From: Selaginella moellendorffii
Taxonomy: Eukaryota; Plantae; Lycopodiophyta
DNA: 64,000 nt
Assembly: GCF_000143415.4 (NCBI RefSeq)
Contig: NW_003314321.1
Location: 444,236 to 508,235 of the forward strand
Direction of reading: 5' to 3'
The translations under genes and the position numbers were made by a program. Below are positions 26,381 to 38,080 of this stretch, piece after piece. Position 1 is the first letter of the stretch. Each line of letters starts with the position of its first letter. The notes beneath the pieces were generated by a model that saw nothing but the letters and a program-made list of their open reading frames with translations, was not told where the DNA came from and made no database searches.

Positions 26381-26942
26381 TGTAAGCAACTAAAGAGAAC
26401 GACTTAAGAGATGATTCATGGGGTTTAAATATAAAGGGAAAAGGCCCATGAATAAAAATGCACCCTCTTTTCCAATTAATTAAGGGTCTTGGGATATTTG
26501 AGGTTTGAATAGTGGGTGACCTCCAAATTTAAGAGCTTATATTTGGTATTATAGAGGGTCTTGTGGCCAACTCTATTGGTTGGCTAACCATATATTAATT
26601 GATATCTAGCAGGTCTAGTTGCTTCAACTAAGCTCAACACGAGAGGCCCAGCCGACCTGAGGGTAGGGTATCAAGAAAGCGGGGCTCTCGAAAAAGCTAC
26701 GGCTCTCAACTTTTATTCACGAGGGTGTGAATTTGTAGGGAATTATAGTGGATTGTAACCAACTAAAGAGAACAACTTGAAAGATGATTTATGGGAATAT
26801 AGAGGGAAAAGACTCATGTATAAGAGTGTATTTTTTTTTTCAATCGGTTAAGGGTTTTGAAATACTTAGGGTTTAGCATCCTTGGGTTTAAATAGTATTA
26901 AGTTGGATGACCTCTATGAAAATCCAAATTTAAAAACTTACA
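26381..26942 (+). mobile_element. Full-length Cassandra-like TRIM nested in the gypsy RT
   Basis: LTR1 26381-26541 and LTR2 26754-26942. Decayed tRNA-Met PBS (TGGTATTATAGAG) after LTR1, about 210 bp non-coding interior, TGATG target-site duplication (26376-26380 and 26943-26947), and 5S C-box remnants GGGTGACCTCC / GGATGACCTC. Confidence 0.88.
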
Positions 26943-28525
26943 TGATGCCGTTTAGTTTGAACAATGCTTTAGCAACTTTCCAGCAAATGATGGACAAGGT
27001 TCTTTGTGATATGCCAGAAGTGACTACTGACTTCATCAATGATGTTTTGATCCACTCAGAGGGGATGTGGGAAGAACACATTTATAATGTTTATAAGGTG
27101 TTGGATTGGTTACGGGAAGTTGGTTTAAAGTTTAAGCAGTCAAAGTGTGTGTTTAGGTCTAAGGACACAACTTATCTTAGGTATCATATTTCTTATGAGG
27201 GCTTGCAAGTTGATCGTGACAAACTTGTGGCTATTATAAAATTCCTTACTCCAAAGTATGTGAATGACATGCAATGCTTCTTGAGTAAGGTATAGTATCT
27301 TGGTCATTTTGTTGATCATTTATTGCACTATTGCAAGTATTGTTGAAGTCGTCAACATCATCTTTCATTTAGTTTATGGACTATGAGTAGGCATTTACGG
27401 ATCTCAAAGAGTTATTGACAGCTTCTCCAGTTTTGGCGTATCTTGACTACACTCGATCTTTCATTTTGTATGAGGATATTTTTGATATCAATCTTGAAGT
27501 TATATTGATGTAAGAGAGCTTGAGTATGCTTAGTCAGTGCCATCCCATTATATATATCAGCTTTACCTTACAACCAGTGGAAGTGAACTATTCCACAATA
27601 AATGAGTGTTTAACAGTAGTTTGGGGTTTCAAGAAACTTCATGCATATCTATATGGTTCTCGAATATTACTAAAAGGTGATCATGCTATAGTTACTTCAT
27701 TATTGAAATAGAAGAACTTGATTGGTCGTACTACTCAATGGGTTTTGAAGTTTTAAATATTTGATTTTAATGTTTTTCATTGCCTGGGGAGTTTTATAAC
27801 TAAAGCTCATGCCCTTTTTTGAGCTCCTCTTCCTTCCTTGCTCTCTTTTCATGTTTTTGATAAGTTTGTTATTTTAGCATTTGTGGATTTTTTAGATAAA
27901 GATTTTATGCTATTAGTGGTTGATGTACTTGATATTCAATGTTCATAAGGTGTAGAACAAGATTTACCTTTTCTTAACGAGGTTCGAAAGATTGAGTTAT
28001 GGATTCAAAGGCTTCACGATGGGTTTGATAATCTCGCATCACTTGCTGATAACTTGTCATTTCAACATTTACATTCTCAATATCACCTTGAGAACAGTTT
28101 TCTTTATTTTGTAAGGATGGATCTTAATGATCATTTCTGGCTAGTGGTGCCTTTGATCTTTATTCCATGCTTTATCCATGCCTACCATGATTTTTCTGTT
28201 CTAGATGGGCATATGGGACATCATCATATGACTGAGAAGCTGAGTAGGTCTTTCTATTAGATGAAGATGCACCATGATATTATTTGGTATGTATATAGTT
28301 GTATTTAGTGCTAAGCTTATAATACTCCCTTTTATACTATAGAAGGACAATTGGAGTCAATTGCAATTTTCCGTTTGTTTGAGTTTGTGGCATTTAATAT
28401 AATGGGGCTTTTTCTACGTTAGACTGTTGGTAATGAGTATGTCATTATTGCTTTTGACTACTTGAATCGCTAGGTGGAAGTCAATGCTCTTGCTAGCGCA
28501 TTTGTAATTATTGTTGGATACTTCC

Positions 28526-28618
28526 TAGTAACTCGCCCCCGTAACTCGTGCCCTGCAGAGTAGTAACTCGCCTCAGTAACTCGCACCCCGCAGAGCAGTA
28601 ACTCGCCCCAGTAACTCG
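28526..28618. repeat. 35-bp minisatellite (about 2.7 units, six GTAACTCG cores) inside the gypsy integrase
   Basis: Units TAGTAACTCGCCCCCGTAACTCGTGCCCTGCAGAG / TAGTAACTCGCCTCAGTAACTCGCACCCCGCAGAG / CAGTAACTCGCCCCAGTAACTCG. Confidence 0.9.
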
Positions 28619-31439
28619 ATATTTTTGTCTGGAGCGAATTCTTTTAGATAATGGTCCCACATTTATGGTTGAGGCATTTCATGTTTTGACATCTAGATTA
28701 GGGATACGTCACACTTTCACGAGTGTTTATCATCACAGTTAAATGGTTTGGTAAAATGGCTCATTTGGACTTTCAAATAGATGATTGTGAAGTATGTAAG
28801 CTTTTAGCAGTCGAATTAGAATGGTTATTTGTTGTTTCTTTGGTATACATATATTATAGGGGTGTAGAGTTTTGTTAGTGCTTCACTATATGAACTTTTA
28901 TATGGTCATGATCCAATACTATTAACGGAGTTGGGTTTACCTTCACGATTACCATAAGTTGCCAATACTAGGTTGTGGGATCAATATTTGATGAGCATTT
29001 TTCCACTTGTCCAAATAGAGTTTATTAAACACCTATGCTGAGTACAATTAAGACAACAACAGTGTTACAACTCCTATCATCGTCCACCTGTGAAATACAA
29101 AGTGGATGATTTAGTGTTAGTTTGTTTTCCCAATCTTACCGTAAATTGTTTATTTAAGAGGCTATTTGTTCAATGGAAAGGATTGTATAGAATTTTGCTG
29201 CAAGTGGGGTTGCAAGTTTATGAGGTTCAACATGACATCCAATAAGTCAATCCTCCAGAAATTGTGCATGTGTAGCAGTTGAAATGCTTCATACAAAGGG
29301 ATCTAAAACAACTGACACCACCTACAGTCGACTAATGCCTCTTACTAATGTTCCTCCAAATCTTGACCCATTCATAAGAGGATCTTGATAGTCTATCATT
29401 TTGAAAGGAGGGGATTATGTGAGGTTCAAATGTACAACTACAATGTCATATATTGATATTAGCGTAGTGGGATTTTGGTAGTTGTTGGATTGGTTTTAAT
29501 TCGGACAACTTGCTTTTGTATATAAACTAAGGTTTTTAGGCTAATTAATATGTACATTTTTATATTCTATTTCCATATTCTATGCATTCATATTGCACTT
29601 AAATAATTAGTATTAATACTAATTATTAAATATTAAAATAATAATTTCTTCTGTAAATTAGGTGATAAAGCAAAACCTCTATTAAATAGTAATTATTGCG
29701 ACTAAGATGTAGTTTACACAAATCTAAATATTATTAAACTATTAATTTATTTAAAATACCTATTTAAGAAAAAATATTGCCACTAAAACCTTAACAAAAT
29801 ATTCTTTATTGTGCCAAAATATTTTTAAAACCATACTTCACTCGCTGTATTGATAAATCTATTAAGCACGAGTAGGTTTTCTTTGCAATTTTCTTTCTTT
29901 GTGCATTGCTAGTTGGTGTTTTGATCAACTTCTTGCTTAGATCTCACTCATACTGCAAAGTCAATCTTTTCACAAGATGCCAGAGTCATGATGATCTATG
30001 CTTGGCTACATTGAGCAAGAGTGCTTGTTGTTGCCATGGTAATGGCTTTACTTGCCCCTTCTATGACTTTACACTGAGAGGAGGAAATTCTCTTCTGCGT
30101 CATGAGGCCCTATGTTATGTGGTAAGGGCGTCCTGTCGGTAATTAGAGCTATCCTACCAGATCCTCCGTGGGCCAGTAAGTCAGTGCTCGAGATGCTGGA
30201 CAATTCAGAAGCACGTAACTGGAGCCACAAGAGAAGCCCAGCTCAGTACCAGACAACATCGAGGCTGGTGGAGCGAAGCTCTCCATTACTGGTGGGTCCA
30301 TGGTGAGCTCGTCAAGCAGCCACACTATGATCTAGCTCTTTAGACAGCTTTAAGATAGAATCATTGGGAAGGATGAGCAAGCCAAGCAGGATGAAGCACT
30401 CTTGAGCCTGAGCAACGTCCTGGATCAGCTCAATGGGATGGAAGATGGCCGTAGCCACGAAGAATTTGTCTCTAGAAACTACCTCTCCTCTCAGGCAAAA
30501 CGAGAGCTTGGTCCTTGAGTTCTGGATTCAAGAACGCGAATCAAATGTGAAGACCAGCTCCACCTGTAAAGACAAGAAACCTCTGGACAAATATCACAAA
30601 ACGACTGACCATGATTGTTCCCCAGCATTGCTGGAGAGCTATTCCAAGCGGTTCAGCTCTGGTTGCTCTATGATGAGGCCAGGTTAACTCAGGAAGTCAG
30701 TTTTCTTACCACCTGTTTGTCTTAAAATAATGCAATCAAGCTTTCAAACTAAAAGTACCTGCTAATGGAGGAAGACCCCCTGCCTTTTTGGTCAAGCATG
30801 CCTGGATTGTGGTTCCAAGGCTGTTTGCTTGTGATTACAGTAGATCCAAGAAAAAATGACCAATATGCATATTGGAATTTTTATGCTGTGGCACAAAAAA
30901 AAGTTATGGTGGTGATGGCGTCACTTCACTTGCATATTAAAATATAAATATAAGATTTTTATCACTTTGATATATCTCATATCAATACAAAAACGAAATA
31001 ATAGATGGGCCAGCACTGTGGCACCAGATGAGAGATTGGATGGCAGCCCCCTGGATTCAGCTGCTGGGGCATTCTAGAGGAGCCTGGAGAAGATGCATGC
31101 AGCATTCACTTGCTTCATCTTTGGCACAGAGAGGCTTTAAAGAACTTCATGTCTTGATTTCTTTTTTCTTTTCTTTTCAAAATGTAATGCACCTTTTTTT
31201 TTTTTACATTTGGCCAAAATAGAGTATTTGAATAAATTCTAATCACAACTTATCTAACTATTGTTTCACAGATTTTGTATGCTTTCTTAAACTGTGGCTC
31301 TCTGTAGACAGGAATATGAAGACAAATAAGGTTGGTTTTAGTTTATGTTGGATTTGATATGACCTGAAGTGTAATGTATTTTTTTTTCCTCTTTTCATAC
31401 TCATTTTAGTGAGTAATACATGCCAAAGTTGAGATTTTC

Positions 31440-32260
31440 CCAAACACCAATGCTAACCATTCTTATGTTTGGTATACCCACCTTTAAAGAACCAAAATAC
31501 TTAGATTGCAATGCTTCTTGGGCAAAAATCCTCTTTGCGAGGATCCATCTCTAGCATCCTTGCCATAAGCTCCATAACACTCTTATCACCTATTATAAAA
31601 TCCAATTTTGGCCATAAATTCTATGCCTCAATCAATCCCACTATTTGGCATTTTCAATTTTTTTTCATTCATAAATTCATAGTCTATGGGATCAAACAAT
31701 TGAAATCCACGAATCAACTTTGCAGATGCACACTTAATTACCTATATATATCTATTGTTGTAGAGTAAAAGCCCCTCTCAACTTTAAGCTACTTCGGAAA
31801 ATGATATGAAAATGTTCCAAAATATTTGCTAAATTGTTCCATAACCCATATGTTTGGCTAAAGTATGTGAGCTTCACCATGTTACATTTCATTAATAAAT
31901 TTTCAGGCTTTATATCCCGGTGGATGATCTTGTTGGAGTAAATTCATGCAAGCCTTGAAAGAATATGCATCATGAATAATTTGATCTTGTGTTTTTCAAG
32001 CTTCCTATAATGTATTAAGTCTGTTTCTATCAACTTAAAGACTGTGAAGTTGTCATCTTTGTTTATTATACCATCAAGAAGGTTGATGATATTCACATGC
32101 CTATCACACTCTTCCAAAATTTCTACCTCATTCAGCATAACATTCAAACTAGAATGTTCTTGTCTTAAATATTTAATTGCAACTTTATTATGGCTTTCAT
32201 TGTTGCATTTAAGCATCACTCTTCCCTGTTACCACACTTTAACATTTTCCAAAAAGTGAT
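31440..32260 (-). pseudogene. Degenerate CMGC (CDK-like) protein kinase
   Basis: VAIK, NEVEILEE, HVNIINLLD, FKLIETDL, a stop, then KIIHRDIKPENLL. AT-rich with stops and frameshifts. Confidence 0.75.
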
Positions 32261-32569
32261 GCTTTGATGAAAAAGGATGATTAGGGCTGCACACTCTTTT
32301 TATCAAATTAAATAGTACATTAATCATAAGGTAATTAGGTTAAACATTAGTGCTTAGATCCAACTCTTTTTATTGATGATTCTTTATTTAAAAGTTACTT
32401 TTACTTTATGAGCTTATAAAATGTTATACAGAAACCATTATGGACAAAAATGAGGACTTCTTAAATGTAACCAAGATCTGAGTTTTTCTAAAAAAGAAGA
32501 AGAAGACGTACCTTGTCGATTTTAATCCATGTTTTGAATGAAAATGTTCGCGACAGCACGTCGTTCTCT

Positions 32570-34872
32570 TTATACGCCATATCGCCTTAGTACATTGCTT
32601 AGCGTGTGCATTGCGTGATAAGCCATGAATGACCGCCTTACTTCGATGATCGTCCCCACCTGGCAAAAAACGCACTAGTTAATCGAGAGACGTGAAAACG
32701 TGGCGCTTACAATAAACAGCATGGAGGTAAAGCTGATGCCGCCAGTTTGATGCAAGGACCGCAACTTATAGTCGATTATAGTTGACACAGTCACTAGCAG
32801 TGCCAGCAAAAATCCACCTGCACGAAGGTAGGCAAACTATAGATAATATACAAGCGTCGCAAAGCTCACCCCAAGTGCGAGCCGAGGTTTGCACTTTCCG
32901 TAGAAATTCCACGGTCGAACGACCAGGCTTAACATCCGCAATCTTTGCCCCTATCCTGTTTATGTACTCTGATATGTCTTTTGCTCCGTCACTCTGCAAA
33001 GTTAAACATGATCATAGTTCCCCCAAGAAACTTAGCAGCAGAAACTTACAACGTCGAGGACGCTGAAAGTGAGAATGAGCAACGCAGTCAGTGTGTGGTA
33101 CAACCATGGTCTTGCGCCAGGTGCAGGGGGTAATGTTGGATTCAAAAGGACTTGTAACTGCCGTAAGAACGGGGTTTTTAATATGCTGCACAGCAAGACG
33201 ATATCGTCAAAACAATCAAATACACTCTTAAGACAATGTACTTCGCAAGGAAGCTGGGGACTGCCATAAGATACGATGACATATACACCGGTAGCATCCC
33301 ATTCGGGTTGATGTCAAACGGAATATAAGGCTCCACTTCCGGAATCCCATCTCCTCTGGAGGCATGTTATGAGAACATAAAAAAAAGCTGAAGAATTGTT
33401 ATGTACCCGGAGCTTGGAAAGCGATCAAAGCCATAAAACTGAAGCTTGATGATCCGACGTCCTTCCGTAACGAGCACAGCGCATGCTGTCATAGTCAAGA
33501 ACACTCCCACATAAAGGAGCAAAGCGGGTCCCCACTTGGAGAAGTCCAATCCTGTTACCAAGTGAATTTATACCCGAGCTTGAAACAGATTCGACTTACT
33601 GGAGAAGCTTATGACCATATTACAGAGGGACTGGGAGGAACTGACAAGAATCCCCATGCAAATAATCAACGTTGATCCTTGACCTGGAAAAGAAGAAAAA
33701 GGATAACCGAGGCGAGCTTAGACTACAGACGTACCAAATCCAGATTCGGTAATCCTACGAGATATCCATTCCAGTAACATTGATCCAGAGGTCAGTAAAG
33801 ACGCGGTAAACAGGAAATGCTTAAACCTGGAAGAAAAGAAGAAACTTCAGCTGTTTTCCGAGACACAATGCATTGAAAACGTACAGATCAGACGCAGTAG
33901 CATACTGGAGCGTTGCATACGACAGTAGGAGTGCTTGAATCACCGAGCATGACAGAGTAAGCCACCAGCTGTGTAGAAAACAAGTGAGCAAGAGAACTGT
34001 TAATGCAATACGATCACTCACGTATATGACTTTATCTTGTCGATTTCTCCTTCCTTTCGCATCTTTTGGAATGGAGGGTACCAAGAACAGACTAGCTGCG
34101 CACAAACGTTGGTAACACCCAAGCCAGCAGCTGAAAGTGTAACGTACATGTATAACAGTGCTTGCGCAAATATAAGGACTCAGCCCGAGGTGGAAGAACG
34201 ATATCTTCGGCTCTTTGAGAAAAGCCCCTTCACTTGCTGGAAGAAAGAAGGGCACTTGGTGTTAAGAGGATCAAAAAAAAAAAAAAAAGGTTCTATGGCC
34301 TTACCTGTAAGAGCGGTGGAGCCGAGAAAATTCGATGGCATTGTCCTGTGATTAAAACCGGGAAGAGGAACAAATTGACCAGCTCTGCAGACCATAAGGA
34401 GGATTATGGTGATGAAAGTGCGACGACGTACTTCACTCTTGAAAAAAGCCATGGCCGCGTCATTGATCACCGAGCCCAGCTTCACCCATCGAATAAACTT
34501 GTTGCTATAGCTCCGCGGTACGTGCTTGATGGACTCCCCTGATAATAAGCTCTCTCCTCCTCCTCCTCCCAGATTTTTGGAAGATACTTCATCCGGAGAA
34601 ATATCAATCTGCGAAGGAATCAATCCAGGAGAAATCCCTCCATGCCTGATGCCCGGCTCGGCTGAAGCGCACACTCCTCTCCACGAAGGATTGGAAATTC
34701 TTGCTCGCAATGCCAAGACTCTCGCTTGAGAAGAACAGCCCAATGCCGCTGGCGACGGCGAAAACAGAGTGAAAAATCTAATCGCAATCGCATTTGAGGA
34801 AGAGATACCGCTGCTCCTCCTCGAGGAGAGAATTCGCACGCCCGGTACGAATGGCGCCCTGGAGCAATCCAT
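32570..34872 (-). CDS. SCY2: Plastid preprotein translocase SecY2 subunit, multi-exon
   Basis: FFKSEVRRRTFIT, VPLPGF, FHLGLSPYICAS, EGRRIIKLQFYGF, IGAKIADVKPGRSTVEFL and the C-terminus VGTIIEVRRSFMAYHAM...LRRYGV*, typical of SCY2. Confidence 0.9.
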
Positions 34873-34961
34873 CCAATAAAGAACCCTAAATTTCTTCACA
34901 CAAGAAAAGATATCGTATATTCACAGCAATGTACAAAGAAGCACAACGTTTGCCACGAAGT

Positions 34962-36435
34962 TCACCTAGTTGCGGGAAACCTACTGACGAAGAAGCGAAC
35001 AATTGGAAGCCTGCCAAGGAATTGACGATGAGAAAGAGAGATGTAGAGACAAAGAGCATATCAACTTACGAGCAGCTGTTGGCCAGGTAGAAAATGGGAA
35101 GACGAGGGAAGAGAGAAGAATCGCGTTTTACACGGGCTATCGATTTTTCGGGATCTGACGCAGTTGCAATGAGTACAAACTGGATCACGCAAAAACCAGA
35201 AGCTCGATCAGAGTTTTGTCTGGAGAAGATTCTCGGTTGCTTACCAATGGATAGAGGATGGCGGTGACGCCGGTGCTCACCAGAGGTGAAAAGAAAAACG
35301 TCGCTAATACGCAAGGACTACCTGGATGACGGAAAAATCAAGCTCTGGTTAAGAAGTAGCATCGACAACACAAGCAAAGGTCCTTACCAAATCCAGAGAA
35401 GAAGGCCCAGTTTGTCTCAAAGAAGACCAGCCGCCTCTCGAGACTCCACTGAGCTAGGCCCCATTTGTACCTGGAAAAGATTACTAAGAAACTGGTCGGA
35501 AAGAACTTTGGCATCTTACTCAAAGCAATAGTAAGCATAAAGCCAGGACAGGAGAACGAAGTACAAGAGTTGCCCGACATACGGAATGAAACTTGCAACG
35601 AATGCCTGTTTGAAAGTTTCAATCTTGTTAAAGAACTAGATTCCCAGCACAAACAAGACTTACTTCGGCAAAAAAGGCACCGATGACGATGACCGAGTAC
35701 AAGTTCTCACCGATTCCACGAGTGAAACTGGACCTAGAGCATGAAAACTAAACCATCCTTGATTGAGTGAATGGATTTCTTCACTCACCTGTCAAAGGCT
35801 GCGGCGGTAGAAGAAGTACCTGTTGATGGCCTCGACGTCGGCTCATTCATAGTCTTCTTTACTTCGTGAAAGACGTGTTGAGCGATTTCGTTGGAGTGAA
35901 TACAGTTGATCACAAAGCTTATCACGTAGATCGGATAGAGCCAGAGTACCTGGAAGACACAATGAAAAGAAAACTAGCGCTAGAGCTCGCCGAGAATGAA
36001 ATCAAGCTTACATAGTACAGCGCGATCAGGAAAGACTGGAGCTTCGGCACTGGCCTGGCCGATCCATCGTCGACATGCGCCTCAAAATCGAGCAGCCAGC
36101 TCAAAGCCGGAATAATCGCTTTCTGGAGAACCAAGACACTGCGGAAACTCGTCAGAAAAGATTTCACGACAAAATATTTCGACAAAGCGAAAACCTTCCA
36201 AGAACGAGCAGGCCATTGAGGAAGCACTGCCCCGTTTTCTTCCGAACTACGCCAGACCTGCAAAGCGGAGAGGAAATTTCAGCTCGATTCGCGAGAAATC
36301 GCGCTACCTCCGGCAGATGAGAAATGCGCGGTCGAATCGGCAAGCGTCCCTGAATCCCGCCAGCCAAAGCATCAGTAATGCGATCCACGGCGACGTCGGC
36401 GCGGCGGAGGCGCGCTCTCCCCGCGACGGAGCCAT
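34962..36435 (-). CDS. EI24 (etoposide-induced protein 2.4) homolog, multi-exon membrane protein
   Basis: LWLAGFRDAC, KTGQCFLNGLLVLG, IIPALSWLL and RLPIFYLAN motifs, with short introns. Confidence 0.8.
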
Positions 36436-36576
36436 GACAGCGAAACCCTATGCCCGACCTAAAAACTAGCTAGCTTTGCGAAGGTTTTTGTCCACGTCGC
36501 TCATGTCATAGGCCTGCATTCTCGCCACGTCATAAAAGTATGACACGTGTCGACACGTGTAATTCCATTCCATCGA

Positions 36577-38013
36577 TCACGGAGGATTGATCTTGAGCGT
36601 TCGCAGGAGCTGGAAATTCGGTGGCTGCTGCGCTGCGGCATAGACATTGACGATCGCGTTGCAAAGAGTGGAATCGCCGCGGTTGCGATACATGGCAATG
36701 AGCTTCTCGGCGCTTCCCACGTCTCTTCTCGCCGCGAAGACGCGCAAGAGCTTGATCGTCGTCAGGTAACCCAAGCTCGAATCGATCTGCCGCTTCTCCC
36801 ATCCCTCTTCCAGCAGCTGCAAAGCTCTGGCGATGTCGTTCCGCGCGAGATATCCCAGGATCAAGGAGTTGAATGGCTGGAACACCGAGTTGTCCGTCTT
36901 TCTTCGCAGCGTCTCCTCGGCCCTGTCGAGCAATCCCACCCTCGCGTAGACTTCGATGATCCCGTGATATGGATTGATCCCATACCTCACACTCTTGCTC
37001 GCGATCGTTTCTTCCAGCACCACCTCCGCCTTCTCGACTTCTCCAACCAGTCCGAAAGCTTTGATCGCGGCAGCGTAGCTATCGTGGAGGAGACGCGGTG
37101 ATCTTTGCTTTACGATGCTCCAGATTGCTCCCACACTGTCCGGATCATGCAAGTAGCCATGGATCTCCATCAAGTTTGCCAAATCCTGCAAGAGCGAGCA
37201 AGAGTTGTGATCACGTAAGTTCCAAGCTGATGACCAACGTACCCTTTCATTCGCAGTGCTGAGGTCCACACTCTTCGCAGCTGCCAGTGCTTCTCTTTCG
37301 AGTCCTCCGAGACCTCCAATTCTCTCCTTGCACTTGAGAAGCGTCAAGTAAGTGTGAAGCATTGGCTTGATGCCCGAGTACCTCAATCTCTGGTAGGACG
37401 CAAGAGCTCGGTCGTGGAAATCCTTGGAGAAGTAGAGAGAGATCATCGCGTCCTCCACCTCGGGAGAGATTGTGGTGAGTTGCTGCTTGTAAACTTCCGC
37501 TCGGCTCCAGGACTTTTGCTTGGCCAAGCTGATGACAAAGGCGGCGATGAGCTCCTCGGTTTTCATGGACTCCGGGAGGCTCAAGAAGATCACTTCAGCT
37601 GGAATAGGAGCGTGCTGCCGACAGAGTAGCGTAAGCTCTTTGATGCAATTCTTCACGCTCAGCTCCACAACGTTGTTCTCTCGAACGAGTTTGAGCACCT
37701 AGCTAGAAAAAATCTTCTCATTCAAGCAATGAAACTGGGAAATTTCTTTCTTTCTCACCTTGAGAGCTTCCTTGTAGCGATTGCGCCCAGTGAGATGATC
37801 GAAGATGCTCCCCACGGAATCTGGCGTGAGAGCATTCCCACGAGACATCCAATCGGCCACAGCTTCCTCGCATTGCCCGCGTCTGGCATCCAGAGCGTCG
37901 AACAAGCAAGCCAAATCCCCCTCGCTCGATCCGGAGCAGCATCTTGAGAGGATTACAGTCCTGCTAGCGTGGATCACTGGCGCGCGCAAGCCATAGCCTG
38001 CCGCTCGCCGCAT
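36577..38013 (-). CDS. P-class PPR protein, likely organellar, two exons
   Basis: Exon 1 MRRAAGY...RNRYKEALK, an intron at about 37699-37758, and exon 2 with helical PPR-like repeats (YAAAIKAFGLVGEVEKAE, YHGIIEVYARVGLLDRAE). Confidence 0.8.
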
Positions 38014-38080
38014 AAACCCTAGCACTGCCTCGCGTAGGTTACTTTCTTTGACTGGAAAAATATTTTGCCCACGAGGAGCG

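Larger units (their letters stand above)
24402..29592 (+). mobile_element. Decayed Ty3/gypsy LTR retrotransposon (copy A)
   Basis: Partial 5' LTR from 24402 (TGTGAGG...) and 3' LTR at 29418-29592 preceded by a purine tract (GAAAGGAGGGGA). Domain order is zinc knuckle, protease (ILVDIG), RT (VMPF..NA.ATFQ, FINDVLI), RNase H (NYST..ECL.VVWGFKKLH), integrase (GHMGHH). Many stops. Confidence 0.92.

Noticed and set aside
28526-28618. CRISPR-like appearance of repeated GTAACTCG cores
   Set aside because: The spacers are themselves repeated (35-bp period), the cores are only 8 bp, and there are no cas genes in this eukaryotic context.
24397-29597. TSD for gypsy copy A
   Set aside because: The flanks (ATATT vs TTGCA) do not match, so it is not confirmed that both LTRs belong to one insertion.
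29900-31200. Moderately GC-rich short ORFs
   Set aside because: No recognisable domain or consistent frame.
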